Source: a virus (Duplodnaviria; Caudoviricetes). Taken from it: DNA of 45,046 nucleotides. The position numbers were made by a program, and so were the translations under genes. Location: IMG/VR virus record IMGVR_UViG_3300020045_006900, positions 1-45,046 of that record. One strand, given 5' to 3'. The notes under the pieces were generated by a model. The model did no database searches. It worked only from the letters and a program-made list of their open reading frames with translations, and was not told the DNA's origin. Of the stretch, positions 25,925-35,993 are shown piece after piece (within the stretch, counting starts at the first letter, position 1; each line of letters begins with the position of its first letter).

Positions 25925-28220
25925 TTGTTGACCCGATGACAAAATCAGGATGTGCAGGTGCATCGGGAAGAGAGACGCCGCTGACAATGCCACGAAGCGC
26001 GGCCCACAGGATAGGAATCATCTGATCAGGTCGCAATGCGAGCGACCCGTCCTCGGCGATCACAAAGCCACCAAAATCTTGTTCGACAATCTCAAAAGCC
26101 GCTTGGACTTGCCGAGCATTGAAGCCCCAATGCGTCCTCCCTCCACTCTTTTCAGTGAACTCGGTAACCATTGTTCGAACCTTGTGCATGCGTGGCACTT
26201 TGTGCATGCGAGGCTCTTGTCTAGCCTCCTGAATAACTTCCCCGCGTCGAATGATTTCTGGCACATCCACCATCACGACCTTGCCTTGTGCATCAACCAC
26301 GGGCACAGCATCATAAACCGGCTCAAGTCTGACTATCGGCTTTTGGACAAGCATTGGAACACCGTCGATGATTTCAACGGCTTCTTCGATGTCATCGACT
26401 TCAATTGTCACCTGCTCTTCAACTTCCCGTTCAACGGGAGCGCCGACAAGTCCGCCTGATTTCCATTTGAATGTGATCGGGTCAATTAGCTGAATGAGAA
26501 GCAACGCCGTCTCAGGCGCGATCGGCTGGATGTCAGTCTTCTTCGCAGGGTCCGACGTCTGGATGGTGCCATTTGCGGCCCATACCGCCGAGAAGCGCAC
26601 AGAAGACAAGCCTAGACTATAAGTGTTGTCGAGCGTCGGTAGAAAGTTTCCGTTGGTAAAAAAGAAACCGCCACCCTTCGGGTTGGCCTGCAGATCGATA
26701 ATGGAGCTTGGACCGCTGGCTTCAAGCGTAACACGAGCGCCAGCCGCCCCGGCGATGATATCCAGCCCGTTTACAGCCCCTGAGGCGCGTTTTAAGGTTA
26801 GTACCTTCGTTCCAAGCACAGATGCTGCCATCGTGGTTGCGTCTGGAAGATAAAGCCCCGAATTTACGTAAGGATGCGGGACAAGAGAAGGAATAGATTC
26901 CGAACCACCATTCAAGTCGTTAGACAGTGTCCCGACATAACTATAAATCGTCAATCCGCGAATCTTTACGCGGTCGCCTTGATTGAATTCAATCAAGGCA
27001 ATCTGAGAAACGTCAGACGAACCGCTTACGCAAGTGATATTACCCGACCAAAACCCGACGCCCGTTGCTACAACGATCGGCTTCTTTGCATATCCCGTGG
27101 CAACAAGCGACGAGATATAACCACTGGAAGCTATACCAAGGCGAAGTTGATTTTCAACAGCGATGCCCAAGGTGCCTGATAGTTCAACGAAACCGCTCGT
27201 GTGGTTCATGTTTATATTGATGGCATGACTATCGACATGGCCGCCGATTGAGCAATTGTTACAGTTGCCTTCAGTGAGTATACCAGTCGTTCCAGCTGCA
27301 TTTGTCGGGTCGGAACCGCCAATATTATCCGCCCATATGCTTGTCTTGACGCCATAAACATCTTTGAGACGAAGCGATGTGGTATAACCGTAAGCGAAGT
27401 TCCTATCTGCAATGAGGCCGTCACAACCATCATGAAAATCGAAAGCGATACCTGGGCGGCGGGTCACTCTCCACGGGTATGCCTGCGATCCGACCAGATA
27501 AGGCCAGCACCGATTCCCGCTGATGCCGAACAGGTCACCCGCGTCATAGACGCCCGTAGCCTCTATGCCGCTTGCACAGTCAATGTGATTGCCAACATAG
27601 CGAGGGCGAAGGATGTTCTGAGCGCGAATCGCCTTATTGAAGCCGAGGATAAGATTATCGCTCACAAGCGGATCATCACCGAGGGGGTCGATTGCAAGCC
27701 CTGCGTAATCCGCAATGATCTCTTCGGCTTCATCAAGGTCAATGACCGGATACGTCGGGGTCACCAACCCGTGACGCCAAATCAGCCAACTTGAAAGTTC
27801 GCCACTCGACCCAGGTTGAAGCGTCTTATCGCTTGGGAGAATGATAGCGTTAGTGTAATCCAAAATAGTCGGAAGCGTAGTACGGACTTTTCCGGGAGAA
27901 GTCTGACCGATAAGGCGGATTCCGCGTGGAAAAGCTGGTGGATTCCCCAAGAAATATCGCATTCCGGGACTACCCCGAATAATGCCGCCATCAGGAAGCG
28001 CGTCTATCGCTGCCGATAAAGCGTCTGAATCATCGGCATCGTCGTTCCCTGTCCCCTTTACGCCGAAGTATTCGTCTAAAATCACCTCACGATTTAAACG
28101 GTTTTCAACCCAATTACCCCATGATCTTATTTGCGATTTAACAGGGTTATGTCTACCGGATGACGGAACGCCATTTGTCACAAAATCACGGAAAATTTCG
28201 CTGGCGTTTAAGTCCGGCAT
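25917..28220 (-). CDS. tailspike/tail fibre with beta-helix-like region and C-terminal intramolecular chaperone (peptidase S74)
   Basis: YFGVKGTG.DD.DDSDA entry motif; GTIQTSDPAKKTDI cleavage motif; WGFNARQV, LRPDQMIPIL. Confidence 0.85.
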   Translation of the reverse strand: MPDLNASEIFRDFVTNGVPSSGRHNPVKSQIRSWGNWVENRLNREVILDEYFGVKGTGNDDADDSDALSAAIDALPDGGIIRGSPGMRYFLGNPPAFPRGIRLIGQTSPGKVRTTLPTILDYTNAIILPSDKTLQPGSSGELSSWLIWRHGLVTPTYPVIDLDEAEEIIADYAGLAIDPLGDDPLVSDNLILGFNKAIRAQNILRPRYVGNHIDCASGIEATGVYDAGDLFGISGNRCWPYLVGSQAYPWRVTRRPGIAFDFHDGCDGLIADRNFAYGYTTSLRLKDVYGVKTSIWADNIGGSDPTNAAGTTGILTEGNCNNCSIGGHVDSHAININMNHTSGFVELSGTLGIAVENQLRLGIASSGYISSLVATGYAKKPIVVATGVGFWSGNITCVSGSSDVSQIALIEFNQGDRVKIRGLTIYSYVGTLSNDLNGGSESIPSLVPHPYVNSGLYLPDATTMAASVLGTKVLTLKRASGAVNGLDIIAGAAGARVTLEASGPSSIIDLQANPKGGGFFFTNGNFLPTLDNTYSLGLSSVRFSAVWAANGTIQTSDPAKKTDIQPIAPETALLLIQLIDPITFKWKSGGLVGAPVEREVEEQVTIEVDDIEEAVEIIDGVPMLVQKPIVRLEPVYDAVPVVDAQGKVVMVDVPEIIRRGEVIQEARQEPRMHKVPRMHKVRTMVTEFTEKSGGRTHWGFNARQVQAAFEIVEQDFGGFVIAEDGSLALRPDQMIPILWAALRGIVSGVSLPDAPAHPDFVIGSTND

Positions 28221-28235
28221 GCTGAAACCTCTAAA

Positions 28236-30326
28236 TCATGTAACGATGACACTACCTGTTGCGACCGCTGACGCTTCGATTGCTGAAGCATTTGCCGCCG
28301 AAATCCAATAGTAATACGTACCTGCCGCAAGACCGGCATCGTTACGTGTATAAAGCGTATTGGCCGATCCGTAAACACTCGGTAACGTTACAGATGTGCC
28401 AAAGTTGTTGACAGTGTTTCGTCGTATGACAACTCGACTGAAATTCGCGCTATTTGGTGTGCGCCAACCTAACGTGACCAACCCCGACCCGCCAGTTTTC
28501 GTAACTTCCGTCACAATTCCCGGTGCAGTTGTGTCAGCGGTAGGGGTTATCTTGATGGAAGGGGTCGTCCAATCACTCGCTGTACCTGTCAGCGAGACGT
28601 GCCTAGCTTCGAACTCGTATTCAACGCCGTCGTCCATCAAAAGTCCGTCAACGACCGTCGCGTTATCTGGCACATTGACATTATTCCATACCGTTTCAGA
28701 AACCTTCTTTCCTCGAATCTGTGTCTTCAACGACAGAGACGGAGGAACGTCGAAACTCAAAATCGCATATGCGACAGGCTGATTTGCGCCGATATCCCGC
28801 CGACCAACAGTGACATCAAAGCTCGTGACGATCGGAATCGTCCGATCAACCGTTACGTCAGCAGTGACGGGTGCTGTACCTTCTTCGTTAACAGGATCCC
28901 ATGAGTACATAGTATCGCTGATCGACTGGAGCGACAATGTAACGCTTCGCAGAATGCCGTTATCGCCTAGGTTCCATGTGAATTCGAGGACTTCGAAAAT
29001 TCCGACAATGCGGGTATCACCAATCGTGTAATCTACGTTGACGAACTGTTCTTGGAAGGCTGCAAGCGCACCGATACGGCAATTCACGGTCAAAACCCAT
29101 GCGGGTGTCAACCGATGATATCGAAGCTTCATCAGACGGCGCGCCTGACTGTGTGACGGGGACCAAGACCAATCGACAGCCTCGTTGATTTCTCCCCGTG
29201 CCGCTATGTCCGCGTCGTCAAGCCAAGGGTCGGCATCTACCAGAAGATAATCATCGTCCTTCGATAGAAACTTGCTGGAAACCCTATTCGCAGTCGTCCG
29301 CACGTCCAGACCGGAAGCAACCTTCACAGCCGCCGTGATCAGACGCTTGTCGAGCGTTACGGTCGGGGTTGGGGTAGTCCCGATTCGGATCGCCATCCCG
29401 CCGTCACGGGTTAAAATCGGCTTTGCGTCACAGTTTGCAAGCATTGCTTCTAGGACCGAACCCGGCAGTTCAGAAAGCTTGTATGCACCCCATAGACGGT
29501 AACGCGCCTCCGTACCGCCGCCCTTCAGGGAGAATGCTGTTGCGGAGACGGTCCAAGCGGTTTCCCACGCCTCTTGCGCGAGTGGCGTTGTGAGGAGCGC
29601 TTCAGGAATACGCATCCCGTTCCGATTGATGATGAAATCTCGAATCACACCCGCCGCGTTGTCGCTCCACGCCGTTGCATCCGTTATCGGGTTCCAAATT
29701 TCGGTGAAGCGCCCTTCGATACGATATAACGTATCCTTCAAGGACGGAAAGATTTTGGTGACTTCACTAGCTCCTAACGCCGATTGTTTGGCGTAGATCG
29801 TCACGACATTGTCGCCACGGTGCGTGTCGGTCCACTCGGGAAATGCAGCGGTCAAATCTGAATAATGCGTCTCGGTCGGCAGTCCGTGCCGAAACTGGAA
29901 CTTCGCGTAACCATTATATGGCGCGCTGGTAACGACCCCGTCGCCATCAACGATTGCAATATTATCGTCAATTTTTAGATTGAGGACAGTGACCAGTTTA
30001 CCTTCGCAGACGGCTAGAACCTTGTGAAAGGAACCCTCCACGCTGTCTCCAAAAATCCAGTTTCCAGTCGGCTGTTGCTGCCCGTAGATTACCACACGGT
30101 CAGACGCGGCGATGCGCACCGATTGCTGAACGTCTTCCGGTCTTGTCGCCTGTGGCTTGTTCATGAACTTCGCGGCTATTGCGGAGATACCGAACGATAA
30201 CGCGATCTGACCAACCGCGCTAAAAACGCCACCGAGCGCACCGACACCTACAAGAGCGTTTGCAAGCCATATCGGCCCGCCCGCCTGAAAGATTGCAAGT
30301 GCCAATGGACCGAGTACAACCGGCAT
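28236..30326 (-). CDS. tail tip / host-specificity protein with FN3-like C-terminus
   Basis: VIYG, WSDNAA, SHSQARRLMK motifs; FN3-type YYYWISA. Confidence 0.8.
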   Translation of the reverse strand: MPVVLGPLALAIFQAGGPIWLANALVGVGALGGVFSAVGQIALSFGISAIAAKFMNKPQATRPEDVQQSVRIAASDRVVIYGQQQPTGNWIFGDSVEGSFHKVLAVCEGKLVTVLNLKIDDNIAIVDGDGVVTSAPYNGYAKFQFRHGLPTETHYSDLTAAFPEWTDTHRGDNVVTIYAKQSALGASEVTKIFPSLKDTLYRIEGRFTEIWNPITDATAWSDNAAGVIRDFIINRNGMRIPEALLTTPLAQEAWETAWTVSATAFSLKGGGTEARYRLWGAYKLSELPGSVLEAMLANCDAKPILTRDGGMAIRIGTTPTPTVTLDKRLITAAVKVASGLDVRTTANRVSSKFLSKDDDYLLVDADPWLDDADIAARGEINEAVDWSWSPSHSQARRLMKLRYHRLTPAWVLTVNCRIGALAAFQEQFVNVDYTIGDTRIVGIFEVLEFTWNLGDNGILRSVTLSLQSISDTMYSWDPVNEEGTAPVTADVTVDRTIPIVTSFDVTVGRRDIGANQPVAYAILSFDVPPSLSLKTQIRGKKVSETVWNNVNVPDNATVVDGLLMDDGVEYEFEARHVSLTGTASDWTTPSIKITPTADTTAPGIVTEVTKTGGSGLVTLGWRTPNSANFSRVVIRRNTVNNFGTSVTLPSVYGSANTLYTRNDAGLAAGTYYYWISAANASAIEASAVATGSVIVT

Positions 30327-30712
30327 TAGGCGACACTCCAAGCTATATGGCGATATTCGTCATCGGCAGTAATGAAACCATCGGCATCACGTGACCACCA
30401 ACCATCATCGGTGAAAATGGCGATGCAAGCGCGCATTCCGAGAATGATCAAGCCGATATCCCCAGGCACAGGCGTATCTGTACGCGCACAGCTGTTCGCT
30501 TCCATCACCTGCCGCATTCCGCGCACGATGCTTCCCGGCTCGCTAAGCCACACGTCCATGTCCGCAGCGTCACGGACCTTCCGTCCGTATGCCGCCATTG
30601 CGCTAAATCCGCGCCGTTCGGCAAACCAACGATCCGCAGTATTTGCGCAATCTGTATCACCCGGCAAAAACGGTTTGGTCATTTCACGAGCTATAAATTC
30701 GGTCACATCCAC
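30326..30712 (-). CDS. tail assembly protein, NlpC/P60-like (DUF6950-like)
   Basis: PF.PG.TDC...ADRW, PGDIGL, AW at C-terminus. Confidence 0.75.
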   Translation of the reverse strand: MDVTEFIAREMTKPFLPGDTDCANTADRWFAERRGFSAMAAYGRKVRDAADMDVWLSEPGSIVRGMRQVMEANSCARTDTPVPGDIGLIILGMRACIAIFTDDGWWSRDADGFITADDEYRHIAWSVA

Positions 30713-30721
30713 GGGGTCGCC

Positions 30722-31315
30722 TCAAAAATCAGGATAAACGAAAGACTTGAAAACAAGACCGGGAACGAAATTAAATATTTCATCCCCCGGTGATCTCAAT
30801 TGCTGATCACGATCTGTGTAACGTCCACCCGGCGCGCGCGATCGATTGAACCATATGTTTTCGGCGGGAACGCTTATTGTTTGCGTTGGGGAGGACGCAT
30901 TACTGTCTTGCGTCACTTCATCCTGTGTAATCTCTGGATTTTGCATGTAACCAAAGAAAATCACGGGTGGGGCGGCTATCGGTTGCCAGTCATCGTCAAA
31001 CATCTGCAGATAGATTTTCACGAGACGGTTTTGTGTTTCAGCGGCGCTGGCGAGCGTCAATCCGAGGATTCCGTTATCGACACCGGCAATCGAAATCGTG
31101 ATGCTTTTTGAAATCGTGCTGTTCTGAAACGACAGACCTTCAATAGATCCTGCACCGAACAACGGCAAAAATTCCGTCCCGTTGACGGTCAGCTTTGTGG
31201 ATCCGTTCCATGCGCCCATACGCTTTGACACAAAATCCATTTCAGCGAGCAAGGCGCATCGTATAGGCTTTCCCGAGTTGAATTTTTCCACTTCATCAGG
31301 TGTAAAGAATGTCAC
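30722..31315 (-). CDS. minor tail protein
   Basis: YTDRDQQLRSPGD motif; tail-tip synteny. Confidence 0.75.
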   Translation of the reverse strand: MTFFTPDEVEKFNSGKPIRCALLAEMDFVSKRMGAWNGSTKLTVNGTEFLPLFGAGSIEGLSFQNSTISKSITISIAGVDNGILGLTLASAAETQNRLVKIYLQMFDDDWQPIAAPPVIFFGYMQNPEITQDEVTQDSNASSPTQTISVPAENIWFNRSRAPGGRYTDRDQQLRSPGDEIFNFVPGLVFKSFVYPDF

Positions 31316-31986
31316 GATACAAGATCCTCGACAAAATTCACTGTCGGGAACCCGCGACGATTCATATCAAGCTGAAGCTGCATTTCGCCATCTGATACGA
31401 GACGCATACGGCAAACTGGAGCATCAAAATTTAGTTCTGTTCCGGCCGAAACGGCATCCCGCAATGGCGGCTTCCAAGTGATTTCGGCTACCGTTTCGCT
31501 TAAATATTCAACGTCACCGACCTCGTACAATCGTTCACCGAACGAAAAGACATGACCAGGCTGTATCACGTCAGAAACGTCCACGGTGATCGTGCCAGAA
31601 ACGGCGCGTTGAGGTCGATCATCATTCAGATAAACATTGATGGAACCTGACAAATAGCCCGTTCCATCGCTGAAATATGCCCCGTCCGAATGAGGTACGA
31701 CCCCGCCACGAGCAACACCAGCCGGGAAAGGCTGATACAGTGCGCAATATGGAACAAGTATCGGAAACAACCGCCCCTGAAGCTTTGCCGAGATCGCACG
31801 CCATGTCAGCACCCGTTCCCGCGTCGTAACAACAACGGAACCGAACGACGCCCGCCAGAAGCCAGCATCACCAGATATAACATCAGCAGCACCCGAACCC
31901 GACACCGGACCGCTGATGTTCATCGGCGCAATATGAAACATCGGCTGCTGTGGCGGTAGTACGCTACGAGGCCACTGTATCGTCAT
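31312..31986 (-). CDS. distal tail-type protein
   Basis: Follows the TMP; WP...P, PPLR, FDAPVCRMRL, FVED. Confidence 0.75.
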   Translation of the reverse strand: MTIQWPRSVLPPQQPMFHIAPMNISGPVSGSGAADVISGDAGFWRASFGSVVVTTRERVLTWRAISAKLQGRLFPILVPYCALYQPFPAGVARGGVVPHSDGAYFSDGTGYLSGSINVYLNDDRPQRAVSGTITVDVSDVIQPGHVFSFGERLYEVGDVEYLSETVAEITWKPPLRDAVSAGTELNFDAPVCRMRLVSDGEMQLQLDMNRRGFPTVNFVEDLVS

Positions 31987-33989
31987 AGCTGCCTCGCCTG
32001 GGTATCGGTCATCAAACCTGCCATATTAGATTTGACGGTTTTGTAAGACTGGTCGACTGCCACACGAACGATCGTTCCCGACGCTGTGTGAATGCGCTGG
32101 TCTGCGATTTCAGACATACGACCGGAATCGTCCTGCAGGTTTAGCGTCACCGTGTCATGCGATGCCGCCTTGCTCATCTGTGACGTGTTCGGGGAGCTGA
32201 TGGTTACAGGAACCTTGCCACCGGCTGGCAACGGAATAACGGCTTCCTCGCCATGCACGATACCTGCAGGTTGGCCGCGTTTACCGCCAGTGTTCGCAGT
32301 GCCGCCAGCGTAACCGATACCGAAAATCTTGCCGATACCGTTGATGATAGAGCTGAAGAACCCGCCACCGCCTCCCCCGCCGCCCTTGGTCGAGAAAATG
32401 CCATCCAAAGCCATATCAAGCAGCTTATCCGCGATCTTATTCAACGCGCTCCCGAGAGCTTCCGCGCCAGATTTCCCGGCCTTCAGATCAGATAGGAACC
32501 CTTTGAAAACGTCCTTTTCCAAAGACGCCCATTCTTCAGCCTGCTTTTTGACAAGACCTTGGGATTCCGCCAGCTTTTTCGCTTCAGCCGACGCGGTAGC
32601 GTATCCGCCCGCCAATTCCGAAATCTGTTCCCGCAAAGCAGGGGTGATGGTCATCCCGGCGCGCTGCGCATCGGCTAATAGCTTTTGTTCAGCCTTGGCT
32701 TTTTCCAGTGCAAACCCGTAATCATTCACGAGGGGGTTTATCGCCGCTTGTGCCGCCGTGGATTCGCGTAGAACCGCTGTCCGTTCCTTTATACCCTCGA
32801 CTTCATCCTTGTAGGCATTCGCGCCGCGCCCGCCGCCTTTGGGAGCGCTGCCGCCCCGATTCTTGAACGTATCAAGATCAGACGGACGGGACGCGGGAGT
32901 CGGGCCATTTTCCGGCGTGACGAATGCGCCACCCTCCCCGTACTGAATATTGTTGTTCTCGAACATCGGTGCCGGGGCGCTTTGTCCACGCCACGTCGAA
33001 GGATCGAGCATCGCAGCTTGACCGCTTAAGGCTAACAACTTCCCGAGCTTCGCCAACGGCGCGTCTAACGCCCCGCCAAGGCGGTTTATCCCGGCAATAA
33101 ATTCTTCTAGGTCGCCAACGCCGTCTGTTGCAGCGGCACGGGTCGCAGCGGTCCGCACTCGGTCGAAATCTTCGGTGGTCGCCGTGCCAGCGTTGATTTT
33201 GTCCTGCAAATTTTCAAACGCTACGCCAAGTTCATGAAGACCGGAATCCGGGTTAGCCGACGCGGTTTGCAAGAGACTGACATAACCGGCATATTCGTCG
33301 TTAAATTCATTGACGGCGTCACGAGCAACTTTCCATTGATCCGCAGCAACAACCGCTGTCGCTGCTTTGATGTCAGCAACCTGCTTCGCACGGTCCAGCG
33401 CCGTAACGTATTCCTGAAGCGGCTCTATCGCTTCTCCCCACCGTTCCGCAACGCTACGGATGATAGCTTCCTGTTCCTTTAACGTTTCGTTCGCCTTGTC
33501 ACCGCCCGAAATCAGGTCGGCAAAATATTGGATGGCATACCCACCCAAACCGATCACAGCGAACGTCAAAAGGTTCACAGGGTTCAGCACGGACATAAAA
33601 GCGCCAGCCATAATGCTACCGAGCGTTTTAAAGCCGCCGCCCGCCTGGGTGACAACCTGCCCGATCTGTGTTCCTTGCTGAAGCATGATCTGAAACGGTG
33701 ACTGACCGCCCGCGAGCTGCACGGTGATATCGTTCAATTGTGATGCAAGGTTTGCCGTATAGCCGGAAAGGTTCTTCACAGCCGGTGCGGCGGCGTTCGC
33801 ACCGGATCCTACGCCACCGAACGCAGTCCGCGCGCCTTTGCCGATATTATTATTCGCGGCGTCAAATGACTTTTCCATGTCACCGGCAGATTTGCCCGCC
33901 TGCTTGACCAGAGTGGCAAGCTCACGTTCCATCCGCGCTTGTGTAACGCCGATCTGAACAAGCAAACCGCCCGAGTCTGTATCAGCCAT
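31983..33989 (-). CDS. tape measure protein
   Basis: QLNDITVQLAGGQSPFQIMLQQGTQI lambda-type TMP motif; C-terminal GIVHGEEAVIPL. Confidence 0.92.
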   Translation of the reverse strand: MADTDSGGLLVQIGVTQARMERELATLVKQAGKSAGDMEKSFDAANNNIGKGARTAFGGVGSGANAAAPAVKNLSGYTANLASQLNDITVQLAGGQSPFQIMLQQGTQIGQVVTQAGGGFKTLGSIMAGAFMSVLNPVNLLTFAVIGLGGYAIQYFADLISGGDKANETLKEQEAIIRSVAERWGEAIEPLQEYVTALDRAKQVADIKAATAVVAADQWKVARDAVNEFNDEYAGYVSLLQTASANPDSGLHELGVAFENLQDKINAGTATTEDFDRVRTAATRAAATDGVGDLEEFIAGINRLGGALDAPLAKLGKLLALSGQAAMLDPSTWRGQSAPAPMFENNNIQYGEGGAFVTPENGPTPASRPSDLDTFKNRGGSAPKGGGRGANAYKDEVEGIKERTAVLRESTAAQAAINPLVNDYGFALEKAKAEQKLLADAQRAGMTITPALREQISELAGGYATASAEAKKLAESQGLVKKQAEEWASLEKDVFKGFLSDLKAGKSGAEALGSALNKIADKLLDMALDGIFSTKGGGGGGGGFFSSIINGIGKIFGIGYAGGTANTGGKRGQPAGIVHGEEAVIPLPAGGKVPVTISSPNTSQMSKAASHDTVTLNLQDDSGRMSEIADQRIHTASGTIVRVAVDQSYKTVKSNMAGLMTDTQARQL

Positions 33990-34216
33990 CAGAAACCCGC
34001 AATTCCCAACTGCGCCATACGTTCGTCACTGATTGTAACGTTACGTTTTGTCTTAATACCGTTAACAGCTTTCCAGCCGTCGAAACAAGCGTTGAATTCC
34101 CAAATTGTCATGCTGTCCACTACGCGGGGAGAGAAGCCCATTGCCTGACCCGAACTATAGAAACCTGAGAACTTCAGGCGTCCGAATTCGTCACGCTCCC
34201 CGCTACCGTCTCCCCC
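33989..34216 (-). CDS. tail assembly chaperone gpT portion, -1 frameshift product (not in ORF track)
   Basis: -1 frame is open from slippery GGGGGAG (34216-34210): GDGSGERDEFGRLKFS...MGFSPRVVDSMTIWEF...LGIAGF*. Confidence 0.8.
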   Translation of the reverse strand, partial: GGDGSGERDEFGRLKFSGFYSSGQAMGFSPRVVDSMTIWEFNACFDGWKAVNGIKTKRNVTISDERMAQLGIAGF

Positions 34217-34536
34217 GACGTGTCGTCTCCGACAGGGTCATGCGTTTCACCCATGACGGCATCACGCAACACGCGCACGCAAAGCAACATCGAACGGTAC
34301 AGGGCGGGCGTATTGTCCGTGAAAACCCTGTTCGTCAGTTCACGGGCTTCCTTTTCCGGCATCCCGCCACCGATCAATCCCAGGCGGACAGTGTCAATGA
34401 TGTCATCAACGAACCATTGCGAGCCGGTGATGCGTCCGAGCAAGAAAAGCGGCCCGACACCGGTTGAAGACTGCAAAGCCCTCAGTTCCCCGATACCGAG
34501 CCGAAAAGTGTGTTCCCCGCCGTCCCATACGAGCAT
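34174..34536 (-). CDS. tail assembly chaperone gpG (GTA gp10-like)
   Basis: WDGGEHTFRLGIGELRALQ..G, RLGLIGGGM. Confidence 0.85.
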   Translation of the reverse strand: MLVWDGGEHTFRLGIGELRALQSSTGVGPLFLLGRITGSQWFVDDIIDTVRLGLIGGGMPEKEARELTNRVFTDNTPALYRSMLLCVRVLRDAVMGETHDPVGDDTSGETVAGSVTNSDA

Positions 34537-34539
34537 GGG

Positions 34540-34992
34540 TTACGCCTTGTTCGTGACGATCGGCACACCGTCGAAACGGATGCTGATTTCACGGGTGACC
34601 TTTTGACCCTTCGTACGGGCATCGGTCATGGTCGTAAGCAGCGCGGGACCAGCTTCGGTTTCAGGGTCACCGGTTGCCGCTGCAGTGTTCCGAAGGCGGA
34701 TGCCCTTGGTAGCACCGGAATAAAACCAGTCGAGAACGGCCTTATTAGACGATCGCGCCCAAACGCCGGTTGCTTCCACAGTGACCGTGATCGAACGGAC
34801 CGCGACTTCAACCGACACCGGCAACGATTCATCGTCGCAATCCGGCACTTCCGTTTCGTCAACGTTCGCCGTGCGGGTAATCGTGACATCGGTCATGCCG
34901 CAAATCGGAGTGTAGACGCCAGCCGACCCGATAGGGTCAAGCTCAACGTCCAGAATCATTTCTTCATATTTCTCGGTAATTGCTTTCGCCAT
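34540..34992 (-). CDS. tail tube protein
   Basis: ICGMT, VPDCDDE motifs of GTA-like tail tubes. Confidence 0.88.
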   Translation of the reverse strand: MAKAITEKYEEMILDVELDPIGSAGVYTPICGMTDVTITRTANVDETEVPDCDDESLPVSVEVAVRSITVTVEATGVWARSSNKAVLDWFYSGATKGIRLRNTAAATGDPETEAGPALLTTMTDARTKGQKVTREISIRFDGVPIVTNKA

Positions 34993-35135
34993 GCCGTCGC
35001 CTTCCCTGCCGATATAGCCGCCTCGACAACGTCACGCGGCAAATTCTGTGGTTCCGTTGACGCTTGAACGACAAACGCTATGGCTTGCACCGGACGGCGG
35101 TCGAATTCGAAACGGTCATGAAATATCGCTTTCAA
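34956..35135 (-). CDS. 59-aa hypothetical protein (not in ORF track)
   Basis: TTG start after GAGG; MKAIFHDRFEFDRRP...PQNLPRDVVEAAISAGKAT; fills the gap. Confidence 0.65.
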   Translation of the reverse strand: MKAIFHDRFEFDRRPVQAIAFVVQASTEPQNLPRDVVEAAISAGKATAWRKQLPRNMKK

Positions 35136-35511
35136 TCAACGCCTCAAACTGTAACACGCCGTGGTAATTGATACCATCCGGCTCTTGTACCACACTGGAA
35201 CGAATGAAACGAATAGAATGTAACGCGTTATCGGTCAATTCCCCCGGATAGTTATGCAAAGAACGTTTCACGCGCCCGATCTGGTCTTTTAGTTCCGCCA
35301 TCCCGGCTTGACTGTGAAAGAGATCGATTTGGAACTGATGTGACGTGCCGGTAATGCACTCGTCATCATCCTCTTGTGCATCCTCAGGCCCAAACGAAAT
35401 GAACGGCAAAGGCTCTTGAGCATCCGCACGGTCAAACACGGACCAAGTAACATTCGGATCCGCGACAAGGCGCTTGTAAATCATATCTTGCAGGTCAACA
35501 GACGGTTCCAT
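35116..35511 (-). CDS. tail terminator (DUF3168-like)
   Basis: PFISFGP, QIDLF, HGVLQFEALIE. Confidence 0.85.
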   Translation of the reverse strand: MEPSVDLQDMIYKRLVADPNVTWSVFDRADAQEPLPFISFGPEDAQEDDDECITGTSHQFQIDLFHSQAGMAELKDQIGRVKRSLHNYPGELTDNALHSIRFIRSSVVQEPDGINYHGVLQFEALIESDIS

Positions 35512-35990
35512 CAGACCATACCCATTTCTTTGATTGCCTTGCGGATTGCGCGGGTTAGCTGCCCTTTGACCTTCCGCTTATTGTTGCGCCAAGTGCTGAA
35601 AAAGAACGGACTGCCTTTCCATTTGCGCGTGCCGAATTCGACCCACCGGGCATAGAACGCTTTTCTGTCACCGCAATAGATCGTGAGCTTGGTCGTTCCG
35701 TCTTTTGTGAACTGGCTGGTTTTCACTGCCCCGAGTGTAACGGTTCCTTTAGGCGCATCGCCCCAGGTCCATGCGATGCTGTCACGTAACGCGCCGGGTA
35801 TCACGGGTTCACCCTTGTGGCGCTTGTCGGACCGAATCTCAGGCGGACCGGCATAAACCGGTGCGCGCGTCTTCATTTGTGCAACAACGTCGTTCGCGGC
35901 CTTTTCAAGAGCTTCTTTGACACGCTGTTCAACCAGTTTCGGGAAAACGACGGTCAGCTTTTTCTCAAGCTCTTTAAGGCCGGTGACCAT
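35511..35990 (-). CDS. HK97 gp10-like tail completion protein
   Basis: GLKELEKKL, GALRDSI, FYARWVEFGT, PFF. Confidence 0.88.
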   Translation of the reverse strand: MVTGLKELEKKLTVVFPKLVEQRVKEALEKAANDVVAQMKTRAPVYAGPPEIRSDKRHKGEPVIPGALRDSIAWTWGDAPKGTVTLGAVKTSQFTKDGTTKLTIYCGDRKAFYARWVEFGTRKWKGSPFFFSTWRNNKRKVKGQLTRAIRKAIKEMGMV

Positions 35991-35993
35991 ACG

